A stretch of 59,213 nt of DNA, the filler included, from Platydemus manokwari (Eukaryota), in the NCBI GenBank assembly GCA_037951405.1. It is 5 parts of 5 records of this genome, joined end to end, with 100 filler letters (N's around TTAATTAATTAA, not from the genome) between each part and the next. Parts side by side here need not be neighbours in the genome. Positions count along the whole stretch, not along the records: positions 15,153 to 26,428 come from JBBMOY010801092.1; positions 26,529 to 36,491 come from JBBMOY011184544.1; 3 more parts are not named here. One strand, given 5' to 3'. Both the position numbers and the translations under genes were made by a program. This document shows, in pieces, positions 15,053 through 27,801 of this stretch. The stretch's first letter is position 1. Each line of letters begins with the position of its first letter. The notes beneath the pieces are model-generated. The model was not told the origin of the DNA, did no database searches, and saw only the letters and a list, made by a program, of their open reading frames with translations.

Positions 15053-15152
15053 NNNNNNNNNNNNNNNNNNNNNNNNNNNNNNNNNNNNNNNNNNNNTTAA
15101 TTAATTAANNNNNNNNNNNNNNNNNNNNNNNNNNNNNNNNNNNNNNNNNNNN
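15053..15152. other. Assembly spacer 1 (N44-TTAATTAATTAA-N44)
   Basis: 100-nt N block containing a six-frame stop linker; identical at all four gaps. Confidence 0.98.
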
Positions 15153-15874
15153 CTAATTTATTTATTTTATGTATTCTTATTTCGAATTTAATAATTTAAA
15201 TTTAAGATATCTGTATTTATATTTAGAAATGTCAGTACATTTAGACTGTATTTGGTTTTATTTTTAGAAAATGTATATCAATTTATAAAAGTTCATTAAT
15301 AAAAGCTTATCACTGACTTTTTATACAAGTTTATCATTATTACGAATTATCACAATTTAGGATTTTTTTTTGATCAAACAAAATTTCTTAGCTAAATAAT
15401 AAAAATAATGATTTTTAAAATTGATTAGATTAATAATACAAACTGTTAATATACAAAATGTCATTTCTCGATTTTATGGCCATCCTACTTTAAAATTCTT
15501 CTATGGGAATACAAACTGTTTAATTATATGGTAAAATTCCATTATTAAATATTTAATTATCAAATAAAATCACAAAAAAGTCATTTATTAAAATTAATAC
15601 ATATCATTTCATAACAGAAGAAATGCTAAAATTAATATTTTATTTAAATAAATCCAATAAATTCTAAATAAAATGTATTCATTTCTTTCTTATTATGTAA
15701 TTGAACCAATTAATATCTGGGATTTGAATCTAAGGATTTTAAAAATTCTATTTTGTACTTTTGATTGAACACAACCCGGTTTCTGAATCCATTTTCAAGA
15801 TACAGAAAATTGACTTCGACATTGTTATGAATTTTTCAAATAAAATATAATCTAAAATATAAACAAATATTTAG

Positions 15875-17509
15875 GAATATATACCGGAAACAATTCCAAT
15901 CTTCGAGTAAAGATAATTCAAGGAAACGTTGGATGTATAAGAGAAACAAGTGTTTTGGAATTTAATTTAAACGACAAAGAAAAATGTCAAATCAAATTCG
16001 ATGAAAGCAGGTCAAACAAGACACTGGAAATTGTGTTATTAAATTGCCCAATTATTCATGATGATGTGAAGATTAAGTTCTTCTCGTCCTTGGTAAATTA
16101 ATGAGTATATTAAAATAGTTGATTTCAGAATTGTTTTCAGAAAAATGTTCCAGTTTTATACGACAAATGTGCATTTTTTTTCTGGTTCCACGTGGGATTC
16201 ATCGAGAACAATATGTAAGTCATTCATATGTTTTTTGCCGAATGTCTTATTGTTGCAATAAATTATAAGCTCAGTATGTTACAGCAGAAATTTGCAATCT
16301 AAAAATATTTCAAATATTTTGAATGTCATTTTTGAATTTAATATATTCATTTCAAAAATACAAATACAACTTTGACAGGGATTTTTCAAATGAAAACAAT
16401 GATAACTTTAATACATCTAATATATGACATTTGGAATTAACGAGTGTAAGAAATCGTTATTTATTTCAGTGATCAGTTTTTTTATTCATTGATCAGTTTT
16501 GTATATTGGTATTAAAAAATTCAATTACGAATCTAGTATTATCTGGAAAATCTCAGTTTCTTTAATTTTGTTTATATTTCAATGAGCTGAAAGGTAAACA
16601 ATCAAATGGCATCATGTATTCTGATTATATCCCAGAAAACATTTTAAAAATCTCATTATTTTGATTTGGTGGAAACAGGCTTTGAGAACAAAAACCAAAG
16701 ATAATCACAATTTTTAAAACAGAATAAAGATATATTGATTTTGAAAATATCAACTTTTTGACAATATCCAATTAGCTATAATGAGTTTCTCACTCTCTGC
16801 CTGCATCAATATGTGTGTAAGGGTTTTAAAATGAATTACATTTGAAAGATTTTTTACCAAATTTTACTTTGTTTTACTATTTGTAGTTTTGATGTCATTT
16901 TATGTTGTGATTTTCAACTTGAATCCAATCCGTTCTTTATTAAATGGCAGCGGCTTACAGCTCTATTATTTTTTTATCTCAACAATTTTATTCGCACAAC
17001 TGAAATGTTTCTTGTTATAATAAAAAGAATTCTGTAATGCATAAATAAAATTACTAAAAATAAATTTATTATTGTATTTAAATGATATTTATTATTATAG
17101 AAAAGAGAATTTTGGAGTCAACTCTGAAATATATCCTAATTTTAAATATTTAATCAACCAATTTATCCATTCATATTGCCAAAGCATATTTATCAAAATT
17201 TTAACGATGTAAAAACATATATAGAAAATATTGATTGGAAATTTAATACTTAAATTCGAGTAGTGATGTGTTTTCCGAAGTCATTTTTTTACATTCATCA
17301 TACTGCTGACAAGATAAATACATAAAATTTCATGTTCATATATTTAATGAATCAATAAGTATATTTGAGAAAGAAATATATAATTCATTTTCAGGTTATC
17401 CTTAAGTCGCGAGCAGTTGGACAACCCCCATAAAAAATCGTATTGGCATATCTATAATTCTGATTTTAAATGTGAAGTTTTTTTCCAAACTGTTCAATCA
17501 ATGCTTTGA
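15875..17509 (+). CDS. TPTE: TPTE / voltage-sensing phosphatase (PTEN-family) C2 domain, last 3 exons
   Basis: Exons 15875-16092, 16141-16214, 17395-17509 splice in frame: CPIIHDDVKIKFFSS-KNVPVLYDKCAFFFWFHVGFIENNMLSLSREQLDNPHKKSYWHIYNSDFKCEVFF. The YD.C.FFFWF and LDNPHK...W.IY motifs, and the lack of a PTEN tail, point to TPTE/VSP. Absent from the ORF track because the exons are short. Confidence 0.85.
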
Positions 17510-20089
17510 ATTCGTTAATACTATGTTTATCAATGCCACCGTTTTATCAACGGATTTTCGATTTTAAATCATAAAATTTGATTCTGCACTTGTTATGATG
17601 TAATCTAATCTATTTTATTGAAAAATATAACAAAAATGTTTTATTTTTTATAAAATTAAAATTAAAATTTTACTTTAAAAGAGTTATTGTCGAAATATCT
17701 AAGTTCCGTTGATAATATTAATGGACATTTTGACAAGTACTATAATTAAAAATTAACAAAAAGTACTTCATCGCTTATTATTTACTTAAATCACTTAATA
17801 ATTTATCAATAAATAATACGTATATATATATGCACAAAGATCAATTCATATGCAAGCTTATCCAATAAGAACTGTTAATATCACACTTAGGGCCAAGTTC
17901 TTAATAAAAGTTCTATCCAATGAAAACGGATATTGTCTACCCACTAAATTGGGTTACTGGTCGAGAGGCTGTACTAGTACAAACGTAAGTTCAAGTGTGA
18001 TAACTTCGATGCACGTTGACAAATAAATGTAAAATATGAAGACAAGAAACATACCTGTTCTCATATTATTGTTTTGACTTATATCTTGTGACTATTAGAT
18101 TCTTCTTGGGTTGAATTTTGAATATTTATAATAATGTGTTTTTAGATTTTAGAGTTTCAACTGACAATCTTCATTTGACTGTTTCGATATTTACACTATT
18201 TTACAAGAATCACTGTACAGTAACGTTTATGTCAATTCTTGAAAATATTTTCACTGATTTCATTTAATTTCCATATTTGTTTATTTAATTGTGATTGGTT
18301 TGTTATTTGTATTTATATTTGTGTCCTTTATCTAACACAAACACACATACATGCATATAATTTCTATCAATTGTCTAAATTTATATGCCTAGCTGTTATG
18401 TTTGAACTTCGTGTAAATTTATATTTTAAATATTGTGGACTTAATTTATGCTCAGAAATTCTAATTATTATTTTTATTAGAGAATTGATAGGGTTAGATA
18501 GAATTATTGGAAATCAAATGTCCATTAAAATAATGGTGGGGTTCAAATTGGTCTTATTTCTCAAGTGTGTGATTATAATTACAATTATAATTCCCGCTAT
18601 CAATAATCTAATTATGATCAAATTATAATATATTATAATATAATTAATTAATTAATTAATTAATGTTAATAATTGTTATCTCTGTTTACTACACTGAATA
18701 CCCAAAAGTATAATTATCAATTACAATTTTACAAGCTAAATTAAATTGTCAACTAATCACGACTCAAAATCGCATTTTCAGTAGCAAATTATTTAATAGA
18801 TGTTTTGCTTTAGTTATGTTGCAGACTCAAAATAATAAAGGTTAAAAAATACAGACCATTTAAAAGTGAAATAATAATATCCAGCAAAAAACCTATCACC
18901 AAAAGCTAATAAACTAAGAAAAACGATTTAATTATAATTTATTTTGACAGAAATACAAAACATCAATGATTTAAAAAAGGAAAGAATAAATTATTTACAT
19001 TTATGCTTTCGGTGCACAGTGAAGCTACTTCCCACTTCTACGAATGGCTTCGTAAAGAAAGAACAAATGTAAATTTGGAAATATTGTCCTTATCTATGTC
19101 TGTACTAAGTCTTTGAGCCTTTTTGCTTATTTTTAAACTTTCATAATATCCAAACATTTTATGCTTGAGATGAACAAAAAATAATTCAACTACATTTACG
19201 TCACAATAATTGGTAAGCGTTATCAGTGATAAAATACAAAGTATCAGAGCGGCTAATTTAGTGAATTAATTGTTTACAAGCTAGAAGCAAAGTTTCAGTG
19301 TAGATTTTACGACTGTAAGATGAAAACATTTAGGAAATTGATACTGATACCATTTTTATTGTTTACTATTCAAAAGATAAATCTTTTTATTGTGGAATGT
19401 TGAAAAAACCTTCACAACTATTAGTAATAATAAAATCGTATTAGGAATCAACGATGTATGTGTTAGCTGCGTCCGCAAATGTTCACAAAATAAATTATTT
19501 TGATTTGAGTTAACCTCCATGAGTGTATTTCTATTATTAAATTGTGAAGATGTTGAATAACTAAGAGTTTTTGGTGTGGCTGAAGATAATACTTTGATCA
19601 ATTTTATAGTACAGGCTCCTGTAAGGTAACCAGATTCAGCTGAGTACTCAGTCACAGAATTCGTTAGAAGCTACGGAGAAACACACTCGGTCGAGTTCTG
19701 TGCTGCAATTGATTTAGAATTGATTTAGATTATGGCATTTATTGAACAAAATCACTGAAATAGTACAGTTTTAGTTAATTGTGTCCATAAGCTAGGTTTA
19801 AATATATAGATTAAAATGTCAATAAATAGTTACTATAAAAAGACCGGTACTAATAGAAAGTAATTATAATTAATCAAGCGTTAATTATTTAATTAATATG
19901 AATGCTTGGGCTTCGTATGATGGAGACGTGTATAATAAATTTAGATATAATTCGAAATTTTCTCTCACCAGAAAGAATATGATCGAGAGGCAGAAGCGGG
20001 TGAAGGGTATAATTAATAAAAGTGTGCAGGCCTCCATTTGTGAATAAACCCGTTTCAAAGCATTAAGTTTATCAACACCTATAGATGAT

Positions 20090-23000
20090 GGGAACTCAAA
20101 ATCTCATAATGATAATAGAAACACTTTGTTAGAACACGGTGACCGCATGCATCTAATTAATAATAATGCTAACAATAAGATTATGACTAGTGGTTCAATC
20201 GGTCATCACCCCAAAACAAATGGGCCTGATATTGATATAGAAGATGATAATGTTATAGAACCGATCACCGGAGATAAAGAATCAAGCACAAAACATGTTA
20301 AGGGCAAATTAAATGAAGCTAAAAAGAAAAAGAGAGCTAGTAACGATGTTGTAGATCTGAATTGTGCCAGAGTTGAGGGAGATATTGTGTTAAGCTGTAG
20401 CTGTAGTCACTTTATGGATTAACTGATTCCAGAGTCCAGGAAAGGGACTCAGATGAGTTCCTCAAGCTCCCATGGAGTAGGGGAAGAATCCAATGAAACC
20501 GTTACCAAAAACGTTACTAGTTCTGTGCCCGAACAATCCTTAATTAATTGTGACCAATCTAAAAAAAATGATAGTAAGACTGGTGATTGTGTTAGTCTTA
20601 GTGATCTTCTTTGGTTCCGTGATAGGTGGTTATGCTACTGTGGAATTTGTAAGGCCAGTGTGGAAAAATATTAATAATCAGCCTGTAAATGCCGAGTGTT
20701 CTAGAGTAAATTTAAGTAAGAAGAGTAAGAGATTTGAGATTAGATGAATGATCAGTTATCTTAACTGCCGTTATACTCAGTTTTTACGGAAATATTCTAA
20801 GAAATTCTCCACATTATTCGATAGAACAGAGTTGAAGAAAAGGTTTGAAAGTTTTGCATTTAATTTTGCTTCCATTGCTGTGCAGATTTCTTTCACTCCA
20901 ATTTGACTTTTGAGGAAAGACAGGCGAACAATTTACTTGAAGCAAGTGCTTGCGGATGTTTATATTGCTTCGATAGGTTATCTAAGATTTGTAGAGAGAT
21001 GTATGATGCGTCTATAGGTGCAAGTGCATTGCGAAGATATAATTGTGAGGCACTCTCTCTTGAACAAATGTTTTTTCGTAGGAAATGTGTAAGACAGATC
21101 GAAACTTGCGATGAATGCAATTTGAGCAAGTTGAGATCAATCATAATATATTTATTGTGCAATTGCAGGGGTTGCTGCAAGTATATTTTTGAGGATGATT
21201 ATTCGATAGATAAGGTTATAGGTGAGGTGGTTGATTTTTCGTTCGACACAATGTTTAATAGTTTGTTTGATACTGTTCTCACAAATGATAATAATTGTTC
21301 TGCTATTGTACCTTATGTTGGTAATATAGAAATGATACAAAGTTCAACTAATCAATTTGGTGATAGTTTCCTTGATTGCTTACTCGATAGTGATATTGAT
21401 GACATTTATCTCTCCAGCACTTCTGATTTTGAACATTCTGGTCATGAACATTTCTGCAGATCATGAGGGATTATGACTCTTTCATCTCACCACTCTCAAC
21501 TGTTGATTACCAGGACCTAAAATTAGATATGAGTGTTTTAAGATATTTTGGTGCAACTGGTAACTCGATTTCAGTTTCTGATATAGAAATAACTGATCTT
21601 TCTACTATTTCTGAGATACCAGTAATGAATATTTTCATAGCTTGCTCTAACTCAAAGATTTGGTATTGTTTGTGTCAAAACAAAAAGAAGCTATATTACA
21701 ACGGTACGAAAAGACTTTGCTACAATTCATAATCTGACAGATATTAATGATCTTGGAATAACTTGTCATTGTGGCTTTGTGGGAAATGTTATTAATTTCA
21801 AGTCGCATTATAATTCACATAATGCTAATACCCAGGTAGAATCTTGTGAATCTTTGGCTTTGAATGACGAAATATTAATGTCATTACAGTTAGTAGAAGA
21901 CGATTTTACTTCAGAATAACCAAGTGAGCCAGCGATTGAAGGTTATATCCGTTCTCAATTGTCTGGTAGGAAGGCATAGTTTTCATTCCGCCTCTTCCTG
22001 TTATACCTATTTCTAGCTCTATGGCACATTTATTCTAAGATTCTTTCCCGTTTCGTAATATAGAAACTTCATGGATAGTACATTGGCTGATACATTGAAA
22101 TTACGATCATTGGCTTACCTTCATTGCCAATGTTAGTAAACAAAAATCTTTCCTAATAGATCTTGCAAGGCTTGAGTTATCAGAAAAACAAATATTTCTA
22201 TGGGGCAAACTTAATTGGATCTTAGAGCACCTCTTTGCTCTAAGACTTGTTATATCTTTCTCAAAAAATATTTATTGACAATGTGATGAGACAACTCGCT
22301 TTATTTGATTGGGGTCTCTTTGTTATTAGATATATAAACTATTCTGAAAATTGTAGTTTCTCATTTCCAATTTCGAACTTTAGATCTCAGATAAACTCTT
22401 TTCTGAGATACTTGAAAGCCGCTACTATTTTATAAAAAAACGAATCGAATACGAACTAAAAAGACTCGACATTCAATTCCATTCAAAGACAATTATTTAA
22501 ACAAAATAAATAAAATTTAATATCAAATAAAATTTAATATCAAATTAAATTCAATATAAATTCAAATTCAATATAAATTCAAATTCAATTTGATATTCTC
22601 ACAATACTTATTAAATATGATATGTGGACTTGTCGTCGTGTGGTCGACACCCTTTCCTTTCTGAGGCGATGATGTTGATTGATGTCATTGATATGAATTT
22701 GACTAAGGTACTTGACTTTAGTAGAAAGACTTTATTTCGTGTATATCTTAATATGTTTCGATCCAATATTAGATATATGTCAGGAAAGTAGAACCTTCTA
22801 AATCTATTTTTGAATTAAGGAAATAATATATAGTGATGCCGAAGAAAGTAATAAAGAGGTTATTATCTTCTTCTACTTCATCATCTCCACAATTTGTTAA
22901 AGATATTATCTCTCATTTTATGCACCAATCTCCAGCGCCTCTTCCTACTTTGAATAACTACGTTCCGTATTCAGGAGACCTTTTCACAAATGAGCCAATT

Positions 23001-24210
23001 TCTGTTGAAGAAATTGCCTTTGCTTTCGAAACTTCCAAGAACTCTGCTCCTGGTAATGATAGCTTGTTGTTCAAGGATTGGTGTTTTTGCATAATTTCTT
23101 TAATTTAGTGTTAAGTCCAGAGCGTATGCCTGGTCAGTGGAATCAATTTAAGACTTCTTTGATATTAAAACCACTAAAGTTGGTCAAACACACTTAGTGT
23201 CATCTTGGCTAAAAATTCCGTTAATGAACACTTCCTATAAATTGTTTTGTAACATTATTAACGTTTCTATGCTTCGTTGGATTACCAGTAGAAATTGAAT
23301 CTTTGGAAATCAAAAATCACTGTTGTCTGAGGATGATTGTGTTCAGCAGAATGCAGGGCTTCAATCCATTCACGAATCTTGAAAAATTTCAAGGATAAAT
23401 TGCCATTTCGTTTGATTAGATCTTAAGGAAGCATTTCTTGGTTTGCATCATTAGTTAATTTGGTTGACTCTGGAAAATATGGGTTGTGCATCCAACACAA
23501 TCAAACTTCCAAAGAATTTGTATAAGGGCTTGAATACTACATGCCACTGTAAGAACATAATCACTCCATCTATTGATTTGGTGAAATGTATCAAACAAGG
23601 TTGCCCCTTGGTGATGTAATTGCTCTGTTTATCGATAGGCTTCCTTGTTAAGTCTTGCAATAATTTGCCGAGACCTCTCACATTGTCTAATTTGGAAAAT
23701 TCCATATTGACTTATGCTGACGACTTGGTAGTTGTTTCTAGTGATGCAGCAGGGATTTCTGATAAGTTAAATAGAATTGTGTATTTGGCTAGTAAGGTTT
23801 ATCTTACCTTTAATCTAAGTAAATGTGGATATTTCTGTAATGATCTCGTGAAAGGAACAGTTCTCAGAATATAAGATATTGATATTCCAGTAGTTGATGA
23901 AAAGAACCAATATACGCATCTTGGGATTCCGTTTGTTTTCCCAAAGAGGAAAGATATTGATGAGGCAAATGGGTGATAAGCCAAGAGAACTCAAGTTCAA
24001 AGAAAAGATCATAGAGTTAGCTTTTTTCCATCAGCCAATAATGATTTTGAAATTGTGTTCTATTCTTCATAATGGGTTTGGTTTCTTGGTTTTATCGCTT
24101 GAACTGAGAAAAAGTGCCGGAGAATGTTAGTTAAGACTTTTGCGATATCTAAGGTTTCAATGGAAGTCTTGGATCCAATTGTGTTGTCAACACATGTTTG
24201 GCACTTCCTG
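20090..24210 (+). mobile_element. Decayed non-LTR retrotransposon, probably of a restriction-like-endonuclease clade (R2/NeSL/Utopia type)
   Basis: RT motifs in order: KNSAPGNDSL (about 23040), W..IPLMNTSYKLF, LDLKEAF, IKQGCPL, ILTYADDLVV, LTFNLSKC, YTHLG. The N-terminal region has Cys clusters and a C2H2-like CHCGFVGNVINFKSHYNSH; no APE domain seen. Many stops and frameshifts; boundaries approximate. Confidence 0.8.
22507..22591. repeat. Imperfect 17-18 nt AT-rich tandem repeat
   Basis: Repeated AAATAAAATTTAATATC / AAATTCAAATTCAATAT units inside the non-LTR element. Confidence 0.7.
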
Positions 24211-24214
24211 GTCT

Positions 24215-26232
24215 TGTTATCAATAAGTACATTTATCATCTTTATATTTTTTATTACATTCTTCATACATATAATATTTATAAAAAGTAAGCATAAATGT
24301 AACTTCATAACATATTACACATCCTCCAGAATTTTCTGATTTTTTAAGAAATCGTTTTCCATTTTCTTCAATAAATTTTAATTTATTTGTCTCCATTTTT
24401 TAGGAATTATTTTTTATATTTAAAAATGACCACATTTAGAGGACGATATTTATGTCAGATTTGTAATAAAGAAATTTCTAAATCTAATAAAGCTAAACAT
24501 GAAAAAACCAAATCTCATATGAAATAGACTAATACAAATGGTACGAATATGAATACGATCATGAATAAAAATAAGAAATTAAGAGGTTTTAAATTTATTG
24601 GAGAAGGTGGTAACCGGTGGTGATATACAAGAAGAAATTACAAATAATAATCTTTTAAATAAATATACTACTGGCTGTAATCCTGGAGAATTTCATTTAA
24701 AAAGTATGAATTCTTTTAATAAAAAATTCTGTTCATAATTATACGGGTCAGAAATGAGCTCGAACGTTGATGCAAAGTCAATGCTAGTTGTACAATCCGA
24801 CACTTTCAAATTGTGGGAAACTCCTAAAATCATCATCTACTACTTCAACTGAGAAATCTTTTGAAGGATCTCAGGTAATAACTGATCTCTAGTAAAAACG
24901 TTGGAAAATATATGAACAATCCGCAGCAAGTTTCCTAATTTCGTTATGATAAGAATATGGAAACTGTTCAGAGACTAAAAGTTGATAGGCTTGAAGAGTT
25001 TGATCACCTCTAATGATTACTTAAGGTATAGCCCAAACTAATATTGAAAGATATGAGAATTTTCCAGGAACAAATCTTCCAGAACATTTAGCAAGTTATG
25101 ATCAAATTATTGATTATTATAATGAAACTGAAAAAATACATGATTTATCACGAAATCCAATTATTCCCCCAATTCCCAAAAAAGAATATCAACTTATATA
25201 TGAAATATATGAAAATTCATTGCCACATGATGTTCGTAATATTTCAAAAGGTTTGCAAGAGAGATGCTAGAATGATACATCAAATGGATAATGTTCCTAA
25301 TCCAACATTCAAAGAACAATTAGAAAGATTTTTAATTAAGTATTATGAAGGAGAAAATTATTCTTGAACAGGGTTTATCACGTTTATCACGTTTAGCAAA
25401 AGATTTAGCAATTAAGAAAATATATGGAAATTCTGATGATGGGGATGTAGAAATTAAATATATAAAATTACATGATAAAGATTTACTAGCTCAAGAATTA
25501 TATCATGAACATAAAAAATCTAAGAAAGTTTTGAAAGTTAAAAAATTTTCTAATGACAATACTGAAGGTGCTGATTTAGTTATAATTCCAAAAAATCTAC
25601 AGGAGTATATATATATATATATATATGCTAGTTGTTATTGATTTATACACAAGATATGATTAGTGTATTCTCTCGAAGGATAAAAAACAAGAAAGTTCAG
25701 TTGAGGCCTTTGGAAATTATTATGTGAAATTCAAGAGAATTCCAATATATATATATAGTTTGATAAAGAATCTCGAATTAAAAGTAAAAATTTTGAAAAT
25801 TTTTGTACTTAAATTAAGGTAAAAATTTATTAGAACTTTGAAAAATATTATAGAGAAACATTTTGAAGCTGCTGGAAGTTATAAATGGGATAATAATTTA
25901 TTGAAGAGTTGTTAGTAAACATAATAATAAGGTTTATTCAAAAATTGGTGTTAGCCACATTGAAGCAAGTAAAAACCCTGAAATTATTCAAAAAGAATTG
26001 AGGAATGGAAAAATTTAAATAACAATTTAGTTAACCAAAATTAAAAGTTCTAGATCGAGTGAGAATTTTCAAATATAAAAATAAATTTGAAAAAGGCTCT
26101 ACCACAAAATAGTCAAAAGAAATATTTATTATTAAAGAGGTCTGTAAAATCAAACCAATAGATTATAGATTAATTGATGAAAAGATTTTGAGAAGTTTTT
26201 ATAGTAAAGAGTGAATTTAAACAAAATTTTAG
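24215..26232 (+). mobile_element. Polinton/Maverick (adintovirus)-like fragment, copy 1: C2H2 finger - PLA2 - retroviral-type integrase pseudogene
   Basis: From ATG 24425: YLCQICNKEISKSNKAKHEKTKSH, GDIQE, GEFHL, HNYTG|PG (split by a roughly 310-nt insertion at about 24750-25061), LAQELYH, ADLV, MLVVIDLYTRY, and KLKVLDRVRIFKYKNKFEKGSTTK*SKEIF...FYSKE, which matches the Polinton integrase C-terminus. A decayed RING ORF lies on the minus strand at about 24220-24397. Confidence 0.85.
25606..25626. repeat. (TA)n microsatellite inside the integrase pseudogene
   Basis: Direct reading. Confidence 0.9.
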
Positions 26233-26428
26233 AATTGTGTTTAAAATAAGAACTCAATTGATGTATCTTTATAGTTTCTTTGTTATTATTGCTAACAATA
26301 AATATTATTCATAATGAAAATATATTATTGGGTCTATAACTTAATAACCGAAATTTGACACCAGATGTAAACACTTGTGTGTGTGCTGTAGCAAATCATT
26401 AACATACACGTCATTTTGAAGCTCTATT

Positions 26429-26528
26429 NNNNNNNNNNNNNNNNNNNNNNNNNNNNNNNNNNNNNNNNNNNNTTAATTAATTAANNNNNNNNNNNNNNNN
26501 NNNNNNNNNNNNNNNNNNNNNNNNNNNN
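26429..26528. other. Assembly spacer 2
   Basis: N44-TTAATTAATTAA-N44. Confidence 0.98.
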
Positions 26529-26690
26529 TTTGATATCTGGAAACATATCTTCAATATACTTTATATGGAAATTCTCTAATAAATGATTGGGAATGTTATT
26601 GATGTGCTGAAAAAGCTTCTCAATCTACATTATCTGGAAATTCTCTAATAAATTCAGAAAGCTTTTGATTTATGCAATCTAATATAAGGA
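26529..26690 (-). pseudogene. Tryptophan-repeat protein remnant (23-aa repeat)
   Basis: Translation QKLSEFIREFPDNVD*EAFSAHQ*HSQSFIREFPYKVY*RYVSRYQ. The two TGA codons (26620-22, 26551-53) are 69 nt apart and sit where Trp occurs in the LSExFIREFxDKVxWxxISxYQ repeat of entomopoxvirus and phage proteins. Runs into the gap. Confidence 0.65.
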
Positions 26691-26706
26691 TATTTTCATG
26701 TAAACT

Positions 26707-26880
26707 TTATCTGCAATAAGGACATTTATATTTTTTATTACATTCTTCACACATATGGAGTTTACAAAAAGTAAGCATAAATTTTTCATCATAACATATT
26801 ATACATTCTCCAGAATTTTCTGATTTTTTAAGTAATCGTTTTCCATTTCGCTCAATAAATTTTAAATTATTCGTCCCCAT
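26707..26880 (-). CDS. Small RING-finger-like protein (57 aa)
   Basis: Intact ORF MGTNNLKFIERNGKRLLKKSENSGECIICYDEKFMLTFCKLHMCEECNKKYKCPYCR* with a C-x2-C...C-x2-H-x-C-x2-C...C-x2-C pattern. Below the ORF-track length cutoff; a decayed paralog is present in copy 1. Confidence 0.7.
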   Translation of the reverse strand: MGTNNLKFIERNGKRLLKKSENSGECIICYDEKFMLTFCKLHMCEECNKKYKCPYCR

Positions 26881-26909
26881 TTCATAGGGATTATTTTTAA
26901 TATTATAAA

Positions 26910-27800
26910 ATGAGTAAAAATTATTTTTTTCAGATTTGTAATAAGGAAAATTCTAAATATAATAAATCAAAACATGAAAAATCCAAATTTCATTTGAATG
27001 CTATGAGCAGTACGAATGGTATGAATAGTACAAATAATACGATTAAAAGTAAGAAATTAAGAGGTTTTGAAATTATTGGAGGTGATTCAAATAAATTGGT
27101 AGCCGGAGGCGATATACAAAAAGCAATTACAAATAATCAGTTTTAAATAAATTTAGTACGGGTTGCCATCTGGGGGAATTTCATTGAAAAAGTTTGAATC
27201 CATTAAACAAAAGTAATCCTGTTCATAATTATAAGGGTCCGGGAAAAATCTTCAAGAACATTTAGAAAATTATAATGAAATTATTAATAATTATAATGAG
27301 ACTGGAAAATTAGATATATCACCAGTTTCAAAGGAAAATCATCAGCCTGTGAATAGAATAGATGCAAGAGCAATGCAACATGATGTTGATTATACTTCAA
27401 AAAAACTACAAGATAGACATGTTGGTGATGTTAAAATGATACATCAAATGGATAATATTCCAAATCCAACATTCAGAGAAAAATTAGAAAGATTTTTAAT
27501 TAAAAATATTATGAAAGGGAAAATAATGCTTGGACAGGGCTTATTAAAGATAGGGGGACAAAATTCACGTTACCTCTTCTGGCAAAAGATTTGGCAATTA
27601 AGAAATTATATGAATATCCGGATTATATTGAAGAAACTAAGAATGATTTTCCTTCACAAGATGAAAATTGACTAGCTCAAGAATTATATCATGCTTATAA
27701 GAAAGTTAAGAAATTTTTAAAAGTTAAAATATTTTCTAATGACAATACTCATGGTGCTGATTTAGTAATAATGCCTAAAAAATCTACAGAAGGATTTATA
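26910..27800 (+). mobile_element. Polinton/adintovirus-like fragment, copy 2: zinc finger - PLA2 - integrase N-terminus
   Basis: GGDIQKAI, GEFH, HNYKGPG, VNRIDARAMQHDVDY (parvovirus-type PLA2 YxGPG and HDxxY motifs), KGKIMLGQGL, LAQELYH, ADLV. Alignable by eye to 24425-25605; cut at about 27800 by an LTR element. Confidence 0.85.
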
Positions 27801-27801
27801 C

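Noticed and set aside
15097-15108. Palindromic TTAATTAATTAA recurring four times between N runs
   Set aside because: Identical 44-12-44 layout at every gap and stops in all six frames: a scaffolding linker, not biology.
18239-18628. 129-aa hydrophobic ORF
   Set aside because: TTG start and an I/F/L/N-rich composition expected from AT-rich non-coding DNA; no motif or splice support.
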